Virus record (IMG/VR): IMGVR_UViG_3300011187_000002 | Reading direction: 5' to 3' (one strand) | Length of the DNA: 64,000 nt | Source of the DNA: a virus | Lineage: Duplodnaviria; Heunggongvirae; Uroviricota; Caudoviricetes | Shown: positions 28,976-38,602 of the stretch, piece by piece | Position numbering within the stretch: position 1 is the stretch's first letter | Layout: each line of letters opens with the position of its first letter | Made by a program: the position numbers and the translations under genes | The notes under the pieces: model-generated | What the model was told of the DNA's origin: nothing | Database searches by the model: none | The model's input: only the letters and a program-made list of their open reading frames with translations

Positions 28976-30922
28976 CTAATCAGAGGTTTTGATTTTCGAT
29001 CGAAGGGCTTCTAGTTCTTCTTCGAAACCACTTGACAAAATAGGGAAACGGCACCACGTCTTGGGGTCCAAGTTTTCGTCGTCCAAATGGAACGACGGTG
29101 CGTAGCGTTCGCGTTTCCATTGGTTGCGGCACCACAGTCGAAAGAATCTTTCGATCCATTCCACGAGCTTCACCGCTTCGTGTTCCGTGTTGTACTGGAA
29201 CCATTCGAAAATTTCCACCGGACTTAGCTTGTCCCGGATAGCTCGCTTTTCGATAAGGTCCAGCACCTCGTAAGGCATGAGGTCGCTTTCGTCAGTCTGG
29301 TCGTACTCTTCCGGCTTGAGTTCCGCCGTAGGTTTTTGGTTGTTGACGTACCTAAGTTCCGGGATTTCTTTTTCCATTTCCTGCAGCCATTCAAGCAAGA
29401 AGGCTTTGTCAATGCCTCCGAGAGGTGACAGGCCGCCCGAAGTATCTCCGTCCATCGTAGCATATCCGACCGCCGCTTCCGAACGATTGGAGGTCGCCAA
29501 CAGAATCTTGCCTTCGGCATTGGCTATCATCCACGCTGAGGGACTCCGGGTGCGCGCTTGAATGTTCTGGAGAACCACATCGTGCTTTTCCCATTCCCAT
29601 TCGATACCCAAGGCGTCCCCTATTAGCTCCTCGTAAGCCATAGCAATAGGGTCTACATCAAGCTCTACGTACTTGGCGTTGATAGCCTTAGCGACCATCT
29701 CAGCGGCTTCACGGGTTGTTTCCGAGGAGTTGTGTGTTGCTTGATAGACGCATGTCAAAAGACGCTCGGGCCACATGCCTGTATAGCCGTTATGCGCCAG
29801 CTTGGCGGCAAGTTCCTCTTTGGTGTATGCCTCTTTTGCGTACTTACTCATGAGGTATACCAGTACGGCAGCCGCCGAAGAATCAGCACCACCGGACAGG
29901 GATACGACGTAGCCCCGGACGCCGGACTTGCGGTAATAATCGAACATACCCAAGGTCACGGCGCGGCTGAATTCTTCGAACTTGGACAGGTTCTGGGGGA
30001 CAGCAGGCTGCGCCTTTTGTCGGAGTTTTTCGGTGGTCGTACCTCCGATCGACAAAACGTTGCGTTCGTCTTCATCCTCGGGCCTAAAACCTTCCCGGCT
30101 GAAACGTTGCATGTGGAGTGTGTCAAGATCCACATCTGCGCATACGGTAGTGTGGTCCCGAAACGAGAACCGCTCACCTTCCACAAGCACCTCACCACCC
30201 GATGCGATGAAAGTGGAACCGTCGAATACTAGCCTCCCGGATTCGTTGCCAAGGAGGTTGGCATAGACGTAGGCCGAACTAAAGGCCCTCGAACCTTCAA
30301 CCACGAATTGCCTCCGCACTTTTTGTTTGCCGAAAGCAAAGTGGGAAGCAGACGGGCTGAAAATCACATCCACACCTCTTTGAGCAAGGTGGGATCCGGG
30401 CCGGTCAGCGACCCATGCGTCTTCACAAATTTCAAAGCCAAGCCGAATCCCGTTCCGCGTTTCGAATACGAAATCCCCGATAGGAACTTTCCCTATTTGG
30501 GGGATGTAAACAGAACCTATTTGCCCCGGAGGCCACGGCTTGAACCAGCGATGCTCATAATGCACACCATCCTTGGCGAGATTTTGCTTGGGGACAAGAC
30601 CTTCGATGCGGCCATTTTGTATCACGGCCATGCAGTTGTAGATCCCGTTGCCGTAGACGACCGGAAGACCCACCACCGTAAGCATCCCGAAGTCCCCGAG
30701 ATCCTTGAGTTTATCCAAGGCTTTAAGTGCTCGTTGATGGACGTGGGGGGATAAGAACATATCCTCACAACCATAGCCCGTGATGCAAAGCTCAGGGAGG
30801 CACAGCATCTGGACGCCTTTGGCGGAGGCTTCTTCCGTGGCTTTGATGATTCGGTCGATATTTCCTTCCCAATCCAGAGGTGTCTGGTTGAGGGAAGCGG
30901 CTCCTATACGGACGTACTTCAT
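28976..30922 (-). CDS. nadE: glutamine-dependent NAD+ synthetase
   Basis: Nitrilase triad (PEL, PK, ICED); SGGADS, NIQAR, NRSE, PTAEL. Confidence 0.95.
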   Translation of the reverse strand: MKYVRIGAASLNQTPLDWEGNIDRIIKATEEASAKGVQMLCLPELCITGYGCEDMFLSPHVHQRALKALDKLKDLGDFGMLTVVGLPVVYGNGIYNCMAVIQNGRIEGLVPKQNLAKDGVHYEHRWFKPWPPGQIGSVYIPQIGKVPIGDFVFETRNGIRLGFEICEDAWVADRPGSHLAQRGVDVIFSPSASHFAFGKQKVRRQFVVEGSRAFSSAYVYANLLGNESGRLVFDGSTFIASGGEVLVEGERFSFRDHTTVCADVDLDTLHMQRFSREGFRPEDEDERNVLSIGGTTTEKLRQKAQPAVPQNLSKFEEFSRAVTLGMFDYYRKSGVRGYVVSLSGGADSSAAAVLVYLMSKYAKEAYTKEELAAKLAHNGYTGMWPERLLTCVYQATHNSSETTREAAEMVAKAINAKYVELDVDPIAMAYEELIGDALGIEWEWEKHDVVLQNIQARTRSPSAWMIANAEGKILLATSNRSEAAVGYATMDGDTSGGLSPLGGIDKAFLLEWLQEMEKEIPELRYVNNQKPTAELKPEEYDQTDESDLMPYEVLDLIEKRAIRDKLSPVEIFEWFQYNTEHEAVKLVEWIERFFRLWCRNQWKRERYAPSFHLDDENLDPKTWCRFPILSSGFEEELEALRSKIKTSD

Positions 30923-32403
30923 TCGTCGTCTCCGTGACCACGGGCTTCAAGAATAAGTTGGGTACGCAATTCGTCGAGCGGCTTAGACAGACCGACCGGG
31001 TATTGGTGCGGGTTGGTGAAACGGCGGACACCACCGTGGAAACGCGCCTTTTCACGCTGGGCACGTTGCTTGATAGCATCCAACGGTTCTTCTTGGTACG
31101 TTTCAACCACAGAATCGCCCAAGCCGCCTCTAAAGACCGACTGTAGCATGTCTATGGATTGGTCGAAATCCAATTTCGTGCGGCGAGTGTTATCCATCGG
31201 ATCGACGATAGTCGTACCGGGATCGCCTTGGTGCTCGTTGTAAATCATGTCGCCCCGGTACTCATTGCCGTCGAAAAACCGACGCACTTGCAAGTAACCG
31301 GGATTGCTGATTTTGATACGTTGTTCACTCAGCTTGATGCGGGGTTCCCATTCGCCCCCTTCCCGCTTGATAGCGGATAGCTTATACACACCACCCAACG
31401 CCGGTTGTCCCTTCGCTGTGACGAGGTTGGTGCCTACACCCCAGAGGCGAATCAAAGCGCCCTGTGACTTGAGCGACTTGATAGTGTGCTCATCCAATCC
31501 ATTCGACGCCACGATTTTAGCGTTTTCGAACCCGGCATTATTCAAGATGCGACGAGCCGCGATACTGAGGTAGGCCAAGTCCCCGGAATCCAACCGGATA
31601 CCGACCATTTCATGGCCGCGTTCACGGAGCTTCTTGCCCACTTTCACAGCGTTTTTGACACCTTCGATCGTGTCGTAAGTGTCCACAAGGAACACGCAAT
31701 TGTTGGGCATGGCCTCAGCGTACTCTTCGAAGGCTTCCATTTCCGAGTCGTAGGACATAATCCACGAATGAGCGTGTGTCCCTTTGACCGGAATATCCAG
31801 TAGCTTTCCAGCGAGTACGTTGGACGTAGCAGAGCAGCCTCCGATATAAGCTGCCCTCGACGCCATGATGGATCCGTCAATCCCCTGCGCCCTACGCAAC
31901 CCAAACTCCAGCACCGGCTCACCTTTGGCGGCCTCACAGATGCGGGCTGATTTGGTGGCGATAAGCGTTTGGAAATTGATAATGTTCAGGAGGGCCGATT
32001 CCAACAACTGACACTGAATGAGCGGGCCACGAATGCGGACCAGAGGTTCGTGTGGGAAAACGACCGAACCTTCTGGTACGGCGTCAACGTCACAGGTGAA
32101 AGTGAGGTGTTTGAGGTAATCGAGGAATCCCTGTTCGAACAGGGGCTTGCCGTCGTTCCCTTGAAGGCTCGACAGGTATTCGAGGTCTTCGGAATCGAAA
32201 TGGAAATCACGCATGTATTCGACGAGCGTGCCTAGCCCGGCAGCGATTGCGTAACCTCCCCCGAAAGGGTTCTGTCGGAAAAACTGATGGAAGACCGCTT
32301 CGTCGTGTTGCCGCCCTTGTTTCCAATAGCCATAGGCCATCGTGAGTTGGTAAAGGTCGGTTAGGAGCGTAAGCGAATGACCGTAGAGCTTACTCAGATA
32401 CAT
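30919..32403 (-). CDS. pncB: nicotinate phosphoribosyltransferase
   Basis: [39 protein letters not shown]. Confidence 0.95.
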   Translation of the reverse strand: MYLSKLYGHSLTLLTDLYQLTMAYGYWKQGRQHDEAVFHQFFRQNPFGGGYAIAAGLGTLVEYMRDFHFDSEDLEYLSSLQGNDGKPLFEQGFLDYLKHLTFTCDVDAVPEGSVVFPHEPLVRIRGPLIQCQLLESALLNIINFQTLIATKSARICEAAKGEPVLEFGLRRAQGIDGSIMASRAAYIGGCSATSNVLAGKLLDIPVKGTHAHSWIMSYDSEMEAFEEYAEAMPNNCVFLVDTYDTIEGVKNAVKVGKKLRERGHEMVGIRLDSGDLAYLSIAARRILNNAGFENAKIVASNGLDEHTIKSLKSQGALIRLWGVGTNLVTAKGQPALGGVYKLSAIKREGGEWEPRIKLSEQRIKISNPGYLQVRRFFDGNEYRGDMIYNEHQGDPGTTIVDPMDNTRRTKLDFDQSIDMLQSVFRGGLGDSVVETYQEEPLDAIKQRAQREKARFHGGVRRFTNPHQYPVGLSKPLDELRTQLILEARGHGDDE

Positions 32404-32439
32404 GACGTCCTTCGTATGGGTTAGCTTTCGTACTGGTCC

Positions 32440-32468
32440 CTTATACCCTTAATGCTCGTATTCGTCAA
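32440..32468 (-). promoter_or_regulatory. sigma70-type phage promoter of the NAD operon
   Basis: TTGACG-N17(AAGGG)-TATAAG upstream of pncB. Confidence 0.8.
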
Positions 32469-32874
32469 AAACCTTTCCGTCTTTTATGCAACTATCGAGG
32501 TCGAGGTTTGCGCGGCCAATCGTGTTTTTTGCTTTTTCCCAATCGGACCCCTTAAATTCGATCACATCCCAATTATCAACCCACAGTTCGGTGTCTTCCA
32601 CATCGAACATGAGGCGGTTCGAGCTACTAATAACCGTCTCTTGACCATACAGGAGCCAGCACCGGTCCCCTGAAATTACAAGAGCGCTTTCTGGTTCAGA
32701 CGAAACGACCCCAGCCTCTTGAAGACCAAATAAAGTGGACCACATGATGATGCAGCACCCCACAGAAATGAGCACTACCCGACCCGTACCGGTTTCCCAG
32801 AGTTCTTTGACTTGATCTTTGGTCCAGTCAAATGCGTTGAGGAATGCCCCCAAGATGATACCGCAGATCATCAA
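32449..32874 (-). CDS. hypothetical membrane protein
   Basis: Hydrophobic segments; start uncertain. Confidence 0.5.
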   Translation of the reverse strand: MMICGIILGAFLNAFDWTKDQVKELWETGTGRVVLISVGCCIIMWSTLFGLQEAGVVSSEPESALVISGDRCWLLYGQETVISSSNRLMFDVEDTELWVDNWDVIEFKGSDWEKAKNTIGRANLDLDSCIKDGKVFDEYEH

Positions 32875-33001
32875 AAAACCGTAACAACTTTGCGCAAGGC
32901 TTTGATAGCGTACTCCTTACTGACCCGACGCCACCGTTGGAAACGGGTTTCCTCTTTTAGTCGTTTCTGACGGGCTGCTTCTTTGATGATTTTGGGATTC
33001 A

Positions 33002-33364
33002 TCACTCATCCACCACATCGCATTCGATTGTGTTGACGTCTTCGAGTTCGGCCCAGAACCGATAGCCTCTTTTACCGAAGAGGTGGCGGTTTGATTCGTA
33101 ATTTTCATCCGGGCATGAGTCAATCAAGAAGGTGACAGAATCGTAGTCCCCGGCTTTTTGGCGGATGTAGATCCGGTCGACGGTCAACACCGTCCCTTCA
33201 GGCAGGGTGAGGTCATATTTGATGCCTTTACCGTACCTTTTGTCGTAAGGGACGTCCATTGCCCCTTCGATCAGGTTTTTATTCCGGCGCTCGTTTTGTA
33301 CGCGAAGACTCCAGTCTTGGGTAAGACGGAGCTTGGTTCCAATGGTGGGGATAAACAGGTTCAT
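33002..33364 (-). CDS. hypothetical phage protein
   Basis: LFIPTIGTKL...LTVDRIYIR...RFW. Confidence 0.7.
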   Translation of the reverse strand: MNLFIPTIGTKLRLTQDWSLRVQNERRNKNLIEGAMDVPYDKRYGKGIKYDLTLPEGTVLTVDRIYIRQKAGDYDSVTFLIDSCPDENYESNRHLFGKRGYRFWAELEDVNTIECDVVDE

Positions 33365-33397
33365 GATCGTAGTGTAGCTCGTAGTAAATTAAAATGA

Positions 33398-33443
33398 GTC
33401 TAGGGGTGGTCCTCAGGCTAAGCTGAAGGACACACCCCCAGAC
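33398..33443 (-). terminator. long hairpin ending the tmRNA-HNH unit
   Basis: gtctgggggtg...cacccctagac with internal stem; G-U pair favours minus strand. Confidence 0.55.
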
Positions 33444-33475
33444 CAGTGGCTATTTTACTGACTTTGTGTGTCCTG

Positions 33476-34028
33476 TCAAGTCTGATACGTAGCAACGGCC
33501 TTACAGAAGGCTATTACATCTGTGTCTGTGAACTTATTGCGGCATATGTTAGCTATATAGCTCACGTACCTTACATTTGACTGTACGTAGGGCTGGCTTA
33601 TTTGAGTCGATTCGGTCAAGGCTGGCTGTGCGAGGGGTGATCTCCCTACCCTCCCATTCTGTTGTTGATGCAGGGAGGTAAAGTTCAACGCCAGAAATCG
33701 CACACTTCCCCTCTTGGTCTTCCCATAAGGCTTTGAGGTAGGGAAGGTCTACAGCTTTATCTTGCGAGGACACTTTATGGCCCTTGGACTTATGGCGTCT
33801 GCGTATAGCTGCAGTGAAGTACCTAAAAGGAGAATACTCGTCCCGCTGGGAGCCTACTTTCAGGTTCTCCGGCTTGCCTTTTAGGTTGGTTACGGGATCT
33901 TTCCCTTTATTGGAGCAGGGCTTAGAACAGAACTGTTGGTATCCCCGTTTCACTGCGCGGTTATGCTCCCCCAAGCGCCGGAGGAACTCCTCGCCACAAT
34001 GATCACATTTTACAGATACTTCGGACAC
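33476..34028 (-). pseudogene. HNH-like homing endonuclease frameshifted by a 4-bp duplication
   Basis: CDHC, FCSKPC, CAISG, SLDRIDSNK; removing one AGCC (33591-33598) restores NKPYVQSNVRYV... Confidence 0.8.
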
Positions 34029-34078
34029 AAAAAATCCCCTTGTAGAACCTCTACAAGAGAAGCTCTACAAGGGGATTA

Positions 34079-34485
34079 TGGAGACGGAGGGAGTCGAACC
34101 CTCGTGTCGGAACTCTACTCACAAACGTCGTCTTACGTACATAGCGACCATTTGCTCTATTACCCTGCGAAGGGATTTGATGGCAAGTCGAGCGGTCGTC
34201 TTTGCTTGCCTCTAGTCTACTACCCTCAAGGGGTTAGTGATTACAACCTCCACCTATAGACTGGCTTCTATGAGGTACCCTAGTCACCGAAGGGTAAAGC
34301 GGGATCTCCGACCATTTACGTCCCGGTCCTTTTATCGGAGTCCGAGGTGGGACGAACGGCTATGCTGCCGCTGCGTACTGAGTTTCGTCAGTTGAACGAG
34401 TATGTCTTTGTTTGTGGCGGTCACATACACCCGCCAGAACGCGACGTCCATTTTCGTCAGCTCCGGTCGAAACCAGTGCGTCCCC
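34079..34485 (-). ncRNA. ssrA: tmRNA; tag (A)DETQYAAAA* at 34389-34360
   Basis: 5' GGGGACGCACUGGUUUCGAC; 3' GAGGGUUCGACUCCCUC-CGUCUCC-A; G3.U70 pair; CCA not encoded. Confidence 0.92.
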
Positions 34486-34499
34486 AAATGGTACAACCA

Positions 34500-34528
34500 C
34501 CTTTACCACAGGACACCTCCCCCGTCAA
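34500..34528 (-). promoter_or_regulatory. tmRNA promoter
   Basis: TTGACG-N17(TGTGG)-TAAAGG. Confidence 0.65.
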
Positions 34529-34672
34529 ACATAAAACAGGGTTTGGTACGTGTGAGGTAGGTTGCATTTCGTATCAGTACATACAAACGGTAGCCGTACC
34601 AAATTCCCGTTGCACCTAAAACACCTTTCCGGTACCCATAAGAGTGTTGCTGACCCACCCCGGCTTTCCACC

Positions 34673-35053
34673 ATGATTATCGACAAAACAGTTGTAGGGC
34701 TGATTTGGGGGGCTTTCCGGCAGGATACCGGCATGTCTTTACCCTTCCCCGCCGAAATTTTCGGGACCGGTTCGAATGCTTTCTACAGGGCTGAACCCGC
34801 CAAAGATGATGAACACTCTATTTGTATCCTCTACTCCGTCCGAGATACTGTAGATGAACACCTCCAAAAGGTGATCATAGCGGGTTACTGGTACCCTGAA
34901 ACCGACATGTTCAAGTACGAGATGCTGGACTCCGGCTATTACAATATGCGGTGGATGCAGGCGGATGAATTTGGGATTTTAGCTTTGCTATCCATCCACG
35001 GCCCCCAGCGATACACCCTGTCGGACCTCCAAGAGATTTTTGACGGCTCCTAA
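34673..35053 (+). CDS. hypothetical protein
   Basis: Start placed at MIIDK; VGLIWGA resembles ORF 61371. Confidence 0.55.
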   Translation: MIIDKTVVGLIWGAFRQDTGMSLPFPAEIFGTGSNAFYRAEPAKDDEHSICILYSVRDTVDEHLQKVIIAGYWYPETDMFKYEMLDSGYYNMRWMQADEFGILALLSIHGPQRYTLSDLQEIFDGS

Positions 35054-35068
35054 ATCTTAGGGTATAGG
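35040..35068 (+). promoter_or_regulatory. sigma70-type phage promoter
   Basis: TTGACG-N17(TAGGG)-TATAGG. Confidence 0.8.
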
Positions 35069-35110
35069 TTGGTGAGACGAGGACAAGACCCTACGACCTT
35101 GGAGGCACTG

Positions 35111-35392
35111 GTGGCCCGCAAAACGATTGACCTGACAAGTCTTATCGAGACTGTCAATTACCGCAACCGCAATTCGAAAGTCGCTCCCGAAGTTCGTGAG
35201 GGCTGGAACTCCCTGTTGGAATCGGCTTTACACGGGGCTGGCGTCTATTCGGGTTTCAACTACCTCCGTGAAAAGGACGTCCCGGAAGGGGAAAAGCCGG
35301 GCATCGTTTTCGACCACAGCGTGTCGAAAGACCACCAATTCCCGGACCCAAGTCGCCGTTTCTACAATGTCCACCCCAAATTGCAAAAGTAA
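35111..35392 (+). CDS. hypothetical phage protein
   Basis: GTG after GGAGG; LLESALH..G.Y.GFNYL. Confidence 0.7.
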   Translation: MARKTIDLTSLIETVNYRNRNSKVAPEVREGWNSLLESALHGAGVYSGFNYLREKDVPEGEKPGIVFDHSVSKDHQFPDPSRRFYNVHPKLQK

Positions 35393-35394
35393 TT

Positions 35395-35423
35395 TTGACA
35401 CCGCCGCCCCGCTAGGGTATAAG
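35395..35423 (+). promoter_or_regulatory. sigma70-type phage promoter
   Basis: TTGACA-N17(TAGGG)-TATAAG. Confidence 0.8.
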
Positions 35424-35471
35424 TTAGTGAGGCGGCGATAGTCCTAATTCCTTTGATCTGCAGGAGACACC

Positions 35472-35795
35472 ATGACAAGGCGACAAGAAATCATCGAAGA
35501 GATTGCAAACAAGTTTGTGGACATCCAAGATGTGACCTCCCGCCAATTGAGTCGGAGTCATGTTGAGGGGCACATGGATCTCATTTACGAATTCGATTTT
35601 TGCGCCGCCAAGATTCCGGGCGTTCTGGAATACAGCCGCCCCCACCTTGAAGGTGCTGTTTTTCGTCGGGTCAAAGAGCTTCTCGAAGAACAAGAAGAAA
35701 AGCGCCCCGTGTTGGTCAATGTATTGACCGGTGAAGAACAAGTGGGACCCAAGGGCATGTCGCCCGACAACTTTTTCGAAATGATGTACAGCTAG
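35472..35795 (+). CDS. hypothetical protein
   Basis: AGGAG RBS. Confidence 0.7.
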   Translation: MTRRQEIIEEIANKFVDIQDVTSRQLSRSHVEGHMDLIYEFDFCAAKIPGVLEYSRPHLEGAVFRRVKELLEEQEEKRPVLVNVLTGEEQVGPKGMSPDNFFEMMYS

Positions 35796-35805
35796 GAGCA
35801 GTGCG

Positions 35806-36108
35806 ATGGCCACGGAAGGCAAGACACTCAAGAGGACTCACCCCGAAACGGACCTGCTAGTGACCGCCAGATGGAACCTAGCGGGTTCCGGGATGGTTTA
35901 CGAGGTTTGGGAAGCATCTGACGACCAAGACCTGTATGATGTGTACAACGAAGGTTTTGGTCGGTTGGATACCAAAGTAGAAGGTGCTGATATCGAACGC
36001 ATCCGGCAAATAATCCGGGACACTTACCCCGTATCCGATGAGGCAGTGCCCGTAGCTAGTGGGCTGTTACTGGTCGTGTTACGGAGGGGAGTTGACTACG
36101 ATACGTGA
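35806..36108 (+). CDS. hypothetical protein
   Basis: AGGAG RBS. Confidence 0.65.
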   Translation: MATEGKTLKRTHPETDLLVTARWNLAGSGMVYEVWEASDDQDLYDVYNEGFGRLDTKVEGADIERIRQIIRDTYPVSDEAVPVASGLLLVVLRRGVDYDT

Positions 36109-36150
36109 CCCGAGGCATAATCGACGCCTACCCCAAGCGAGGGCTGTACG

Positions 36151-36474
36151 GTGTTGGACCGATTATCGCTTCAGAAATGTGATCAGATATTAGCTCGCGC
36201 CCTGAAGGCCCATGAATCGGGCAAAAAGGCGCTGAAGCTATCTACCAAAGAATTGATCGCCCTCCTGAAATACATCCGTAGCTTGCACACAACCATGAGG
36301 GACGTTCAGTTGGACCTCTTGCAAGGGTCGTTTCAGAACGACTTAGAAGCGTTGCAAAGCGCTGCTGATGCAAGCCTCGACCGTATCGAAAAACAGCTAG
36401 GGCCTATCAAGACGTTGTTCGAAGATATATCTGAAGTCGAGATATCGGAGTTTTCAGATGTCGACGAAGAGTAA
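36151..36474 (+). CDS. hypothetical helical protein
   Basis: ORF in operon. Confidence 0.55.
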   Translation: MLDRLSLQKCDQILARALKAHESGKKALKLSTKELIALLKYIRSLHTTMRDVQLDLLQGSFQNDLEALQSAADASLDRIEKQLGPIKTLFEDISEVEISEFSDVDEE

Positions 36475-36781
36475 GATACCCCACAGGGTCGTGATCAAGA
36501 TGCTGCGGGACAGTGGCGGCGTCTACGAATATGACGTCCATTACAAGGATGCTCTGTCTTGCTTACGTTCCTACCACAAAGAGCGGTTCCCGTCTGAACC
36601 AACCGGCGACGACGTGTGCGATTACATTACGTATATGGGCGCTGGGGGCATCGAAGACCTCATTGGACGCGAGGCTTCACGTGTGTGGGAAAGCCTTTCC
36701 ACGTGCAGTATCAGCGTCGTTTACAAGCCCCTAAAGATTCAGTCCCCTTCCGACCGCTTCGCTTACCTTATCGAAAAGTAG
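36458..36781 (+). CDS. hypothetical protein
   Basis: GGAG RBS, overlap with upstream ORF. Confidence 0.6.
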   Translation: MSTKSKIPHRVVIKMLRDSGGVYEYDVHYKDALSCLRSYHKERFPSEPTGDDVCDYITYMGAGGIEDLIGREASRVWESLSTCSISVVYKPLKIQSPSDRFAYLIEK

Positions 36782-36851
36782 CACCCTTGACAGCCTCTTA
36801 GGTCTTACGGTACCAATTAAGATTGGTACGTATTGATAAAATGGAGGCCGT

Positions 36852-37637
36852 ATGTCTGAGCACAAAGTACTCGTAGAACGATTAACCATCCAACAACATC
36901 CTGATGCGGATCGTCTGGAGGTAGCGCAGGTGGGGGATTACCAGTCCATCGTGATGAAAGACCAGTTCGAAACGGGTGATCTGGCTGCCTACATCCCGGA
37001 AGCATCTTTGGTGCCGCAAGACATACTGAAGGAGCTAGGACTTGAGGGCCGCCTTGCCGGTTCAGATCACAACCGCGTCAAAGCTATCCGACTCCGAGGC
37101 GTCCTGTCGCAAGGTATCTGTTACCCGGCAAAGGACGGTTGGGAAGAGGGCGACGACGTGACCGAAGATTTGGGTATCACGAAATATGAGCCGCCTATCC
37201 CCGCCTCCATGTCGGGTGAAGTCTATGCTGCGGGTGGACGCCGGTGCATGAAATACGATATCGAAAATATCAAACGGTATCCCGGTGTCCTCAAAGAGGG
37301 TGAAGAAGTCGTGATCACGGAGAAGATCCACGGATGTGCGGACAAGGACACCGAAATAGAGACGTTGGAACATGGAACTCTAACTATCTCAGAGATTGTA
37401 GAAAACAAGATCCCTTGTCATGTTAAAAGTATGAATGTGAAGACCGGAGATATCTCTTTTGAGTCTGTTGAGGGTTACTCTCAAGATCCTAATGAGGGTG
37501 ATTGGTATGAATTGGAGATGGAAGATGCTGTTGTGGTTTTAACGGGGAATCATCCTGTGTGGTTGCCTGAGTTGAAATGCTACCGTCGAGTTGATCAATT
37601 AAAAGGGGATGAGATTTGCTTGCTTGATCGGGACTGA
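36852..37637 (+). CDS. RNA ligase (DRB0094/Rnl2-like) N-extein fused to split-intein N-part
   Basis: HPDADRLEVAQV, RLRGVLSQG, motif I TEKIHG, then Cys1 at 37335 (CADKDTEI) and block B LTGNHPVW. Confidence 0.9.
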   Translation: MSEHKVLVERLTIQQHPDADRLEVAQVGDYQSIVMKDQFETGDLAAYIPEASLVPQDILKELGLEGRLAGSDHNRVKAIRLRGVLSQGICYPAKDGWEEGDDVTEDLGITKYEPPIPASMSGEVYAAGGRRCMKYDIENIKRYPGVLKEGEEVVITEKIHGCADKDTEIETLEHGTLTISEIVENKIPCHVKSMNVKTGDISFESVEGYSQDPNEGDWYELEMEDAVVVLTGNHPVWLPELKCYRRVDQLKGDEICLLDRD

Positions 37638-37702
37638 AAAGACGCATGGTTATCCTTTTGTGGATTTTCTCTGTAGTTCATTGACTACAGGAAAAGGGAA
37701 CC

Positions 37703-38602
37703 ATGTCAGACTATGAAGATTGGAATTGTCCTTATTGTAATACTACCTTACCTCTAAAAAGCAAATACACAAAAAGTGGACATTTATCTAGATGTTCAGC
37801 TTGGAAGGAGTGGCGAGACTCCACCCTAACCGAAGAATTCCTTTACGCACATTATGTTCAACAAGGGAAAGCCATGTCACACATTGCGCAAGAATTGGGA
37901 TTATCTTCAGTGGCTACTATTAATAGGAAAATGAAAGAATTTGGGATCGAAACCAGATCCATCTCCGCAGCTAAAAAGATGCCTAAAGCTAGGCAGAGGG
38001 CTAAAGACACACACTTGGATAAATATGGTTCCCCTCATAATTTTTGTGCTGATCACCCTTCTAGACACGAGTGGGAGGCAAGGCTGCTAGAAGAAGAGGG
38101 TATTACCAATGTTTTTCAAAGGGAAAGCGTTAAGGAGAAGATTAAGCAATCTTATGAAGAAAGGTATGGTACTAGGAACTTATGGACTCTAGACTGGTAT
38201 CGCTCCAAGATTGCTCAGTCAATGGTATTCTCTTCCATCCACCAACAAGTGTACCAATACTTGAGTAAAATAGGAATCCCTTGTTCCGTGGAGTTTCACT
38301 TAGATAAAGATGGCGATAAAAAGGCGTTTTTCGACATCCATGTAGAAGGAACTACCAAGTTGATAGAGGTGCATGGTGATTATTGGCACGCCAACCCTGA
38401 AATTTACAATGCGGATGATGTTTTTAATTACCCTCAAGAGAGTATGACTGCTCAAGAGAAATGGGATTATGATGCCGAACGTGTAACTTTAGCAAACGAA
38501 GCTGGATTCGACGTTCTGGTTTTGTGGGAGAAGGATATTAACGAAGATTGGGAAGATTGTTGCGATAAGTTAGATGAATATATAGGAGTAAAAGATGCCT
38601 AA
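37703..38602 (+). CDS. free-standing Vsr/DUF559-like homing endonuclease
   Basis: FDIHV...LIEVHGDYWHANP...D..R...G..VLVLWE; N-terminal Zn finger and HTH; AT-rich. Confidence 0.8.
   Translation: MSDYEDWNCPYCNTTLPLKSKYTKSGHLSRCSAWKEWRDSTLTEEFLYAHYVQQGKAMSHIAQELGLSSVATINRKMKEFGIETRSISAAKKMPKARQRAKDTHLDKYGSPHNFCADHPSRHEWEARLLEEEGITNVFQRESVKEKIKQSYEERYGTRNLWTLDWYRSKIAQSMVFSSIHQQVYQYLSKIGIPCSVEFHLDKDGDKKAFFDIHVEGTTKLIEVHGDYWHANPEIYNADDVFNYPQESMTAQEKWDYDAERVTLANEAGFDVLVLWEKDINEDWEDCCDKLDEYIGVKDA

Noticed and set aside
27663-32403. NAD operon as host-chromosome contamination
   Set aside because: It is flanked by the window's recurrent promoter and overlaps an MIRN-type ORF, with no visible compositional break. 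Read-level confirmation is still advisable.
34079-34110. Stand-alone tRNA or integration site
   Set aside because: The T-arm and acceptor pair with a 5' end 400 nt away and enclose a tag ORF, so this is tmRNA.
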